A DNA stretch of 64,000 nt from NCBI RefSeq assembly GCF_054482525.1, contig NZ_CM137006.1; one strand, written 5' to 3'. Within the stretch, counting starts at the first letter, position 1, and the number at the start of each line of letters is the position of its first letter. Of this stretch, positions 63,441 through 64,000 are shown piece by piece. The translations under genes were made by a program, and so were the position numbers. Under the pieces are notes generated by a model that did not search any database, was not told the DNA's origin, and worked only from the letters and a program-made list of their open reading frames with translations.

Positions 63441-64000
63441 ATCGCCTCCCGTTGTTGGCGATACTTCGCCAGCGCCGTGGCATAGCGGTTGAAATCAAGC
63501 TGATTTACTGCATCCAGTTCCGCCTTTAACGCAGGATCGATAGCGTTAACGCCATGCAACGCGCCACAAATTGCCGTCGCCATAGCACCGATGGTGTCTG
63601 TGTCGCCGCCAAGGTTAGCGCACAGGACGGCGCAACGGTTCGGGTCGGTTTGTGCCAGTTCAACCAGCGCAATGGCGCACGGAACGGACTCAATAGTGCT
63701 GGTACCTGCGCCAACGACCTGGTAAAGCTGTTCGCTGGCGGATTCGGTGCCGTCGGCATTGCGCACAATTTTCAGCGCAATCTCCAGACGTGCTGCCAGT
63801 GAGGCGCTGAAGGTAGTGATGCGTTTTTGTTGAGCATGTCGCGCAATTGAAGGCAGTGAATCAACAATTGCTGACCAGCTTTCTCCGTCAATGGCACGAG
63901 AAATCGCCCATGCGATGACTACCGCCCCCGCAACCGCCAGATCGGATTTATGTGTCGGGCTGGAGGCCAGCGCCACATCATCAATAAAGGAATCAACATC
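63437..64000 (-). CDS. yegU: ADP-ribosylglycohydrolase-family protein YegU, C-terminal part (gene extends beyond window end)
   Basis: The ORF track gives a 179-aa ORF (63437..63976) at the window edge; extension past the window is inferred from the recalled length of YegU (about 334 aa). Confidence 0.7.
   Translation of the reverse strand, partial: DVDSFIDDVALASSPTHKSDLAVAGAVVIAWAISRAIDGESWSAIVDSLPSIARHAQQKRITTFSASLAARLEIALKIVRNADGTESASEQLYQVVGAGTSTIESVPCAIALVELAQTDPNRCAVLCANLGGDTDTIGAMATAICGALHGVNAIDPALKAELDAVNQLDFNRYATALAKYRQQREAI

Overview
This window is an Escherichia coli chromosomal segment matching the K-12 preA–yegU region (about 47–48 min), in inverted orientation. Gene identities are from recalled homology to E. 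coli proteins, not a database search; coordinates and motifs were read from the sequence. Core genes run preA/preT, yeiS, sanA, cdd, yohKJ, dusC, yohP, mdtQ, yohF, yohD, yohC, pbpG, dld, bglX, osmF-yehYXW, yohO, mlrA, btsSR, yehS, yehR, yehQPML, yehK-like, yehI, molR, metG, apbC, yehE, yehDCBA, rcnBA, rcnR, thiMD, yegX, yegW, yegV, yegU. The strain is not K-12: mdtQ and molR are intact, and there are two accessory insertions. The first is an ~8 kb integrative, plasmid-like island (51211..59182) inserted in the thiM TPP-riboswitch leader and bounded by an exact 82-bp direct repeat. It carries a tyrosine integrase, a McrA-like HNH nuclease, a serine recombinase, a five-copy iteron array and a small DNA-binding gene module. 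The second is a tandemly duplicated zorO-orzO-like type I toxin-antitoxin locus (31275..32400) between yehL and yehK. The best candidates for an undescribed system are the island cargo (HNH nuclease and neighbours) and the conserved but uncharacterised yehLMPQ / yehK / yehI / molR cluster (AAA+ ATPase, vWA, SWIM, WGR).
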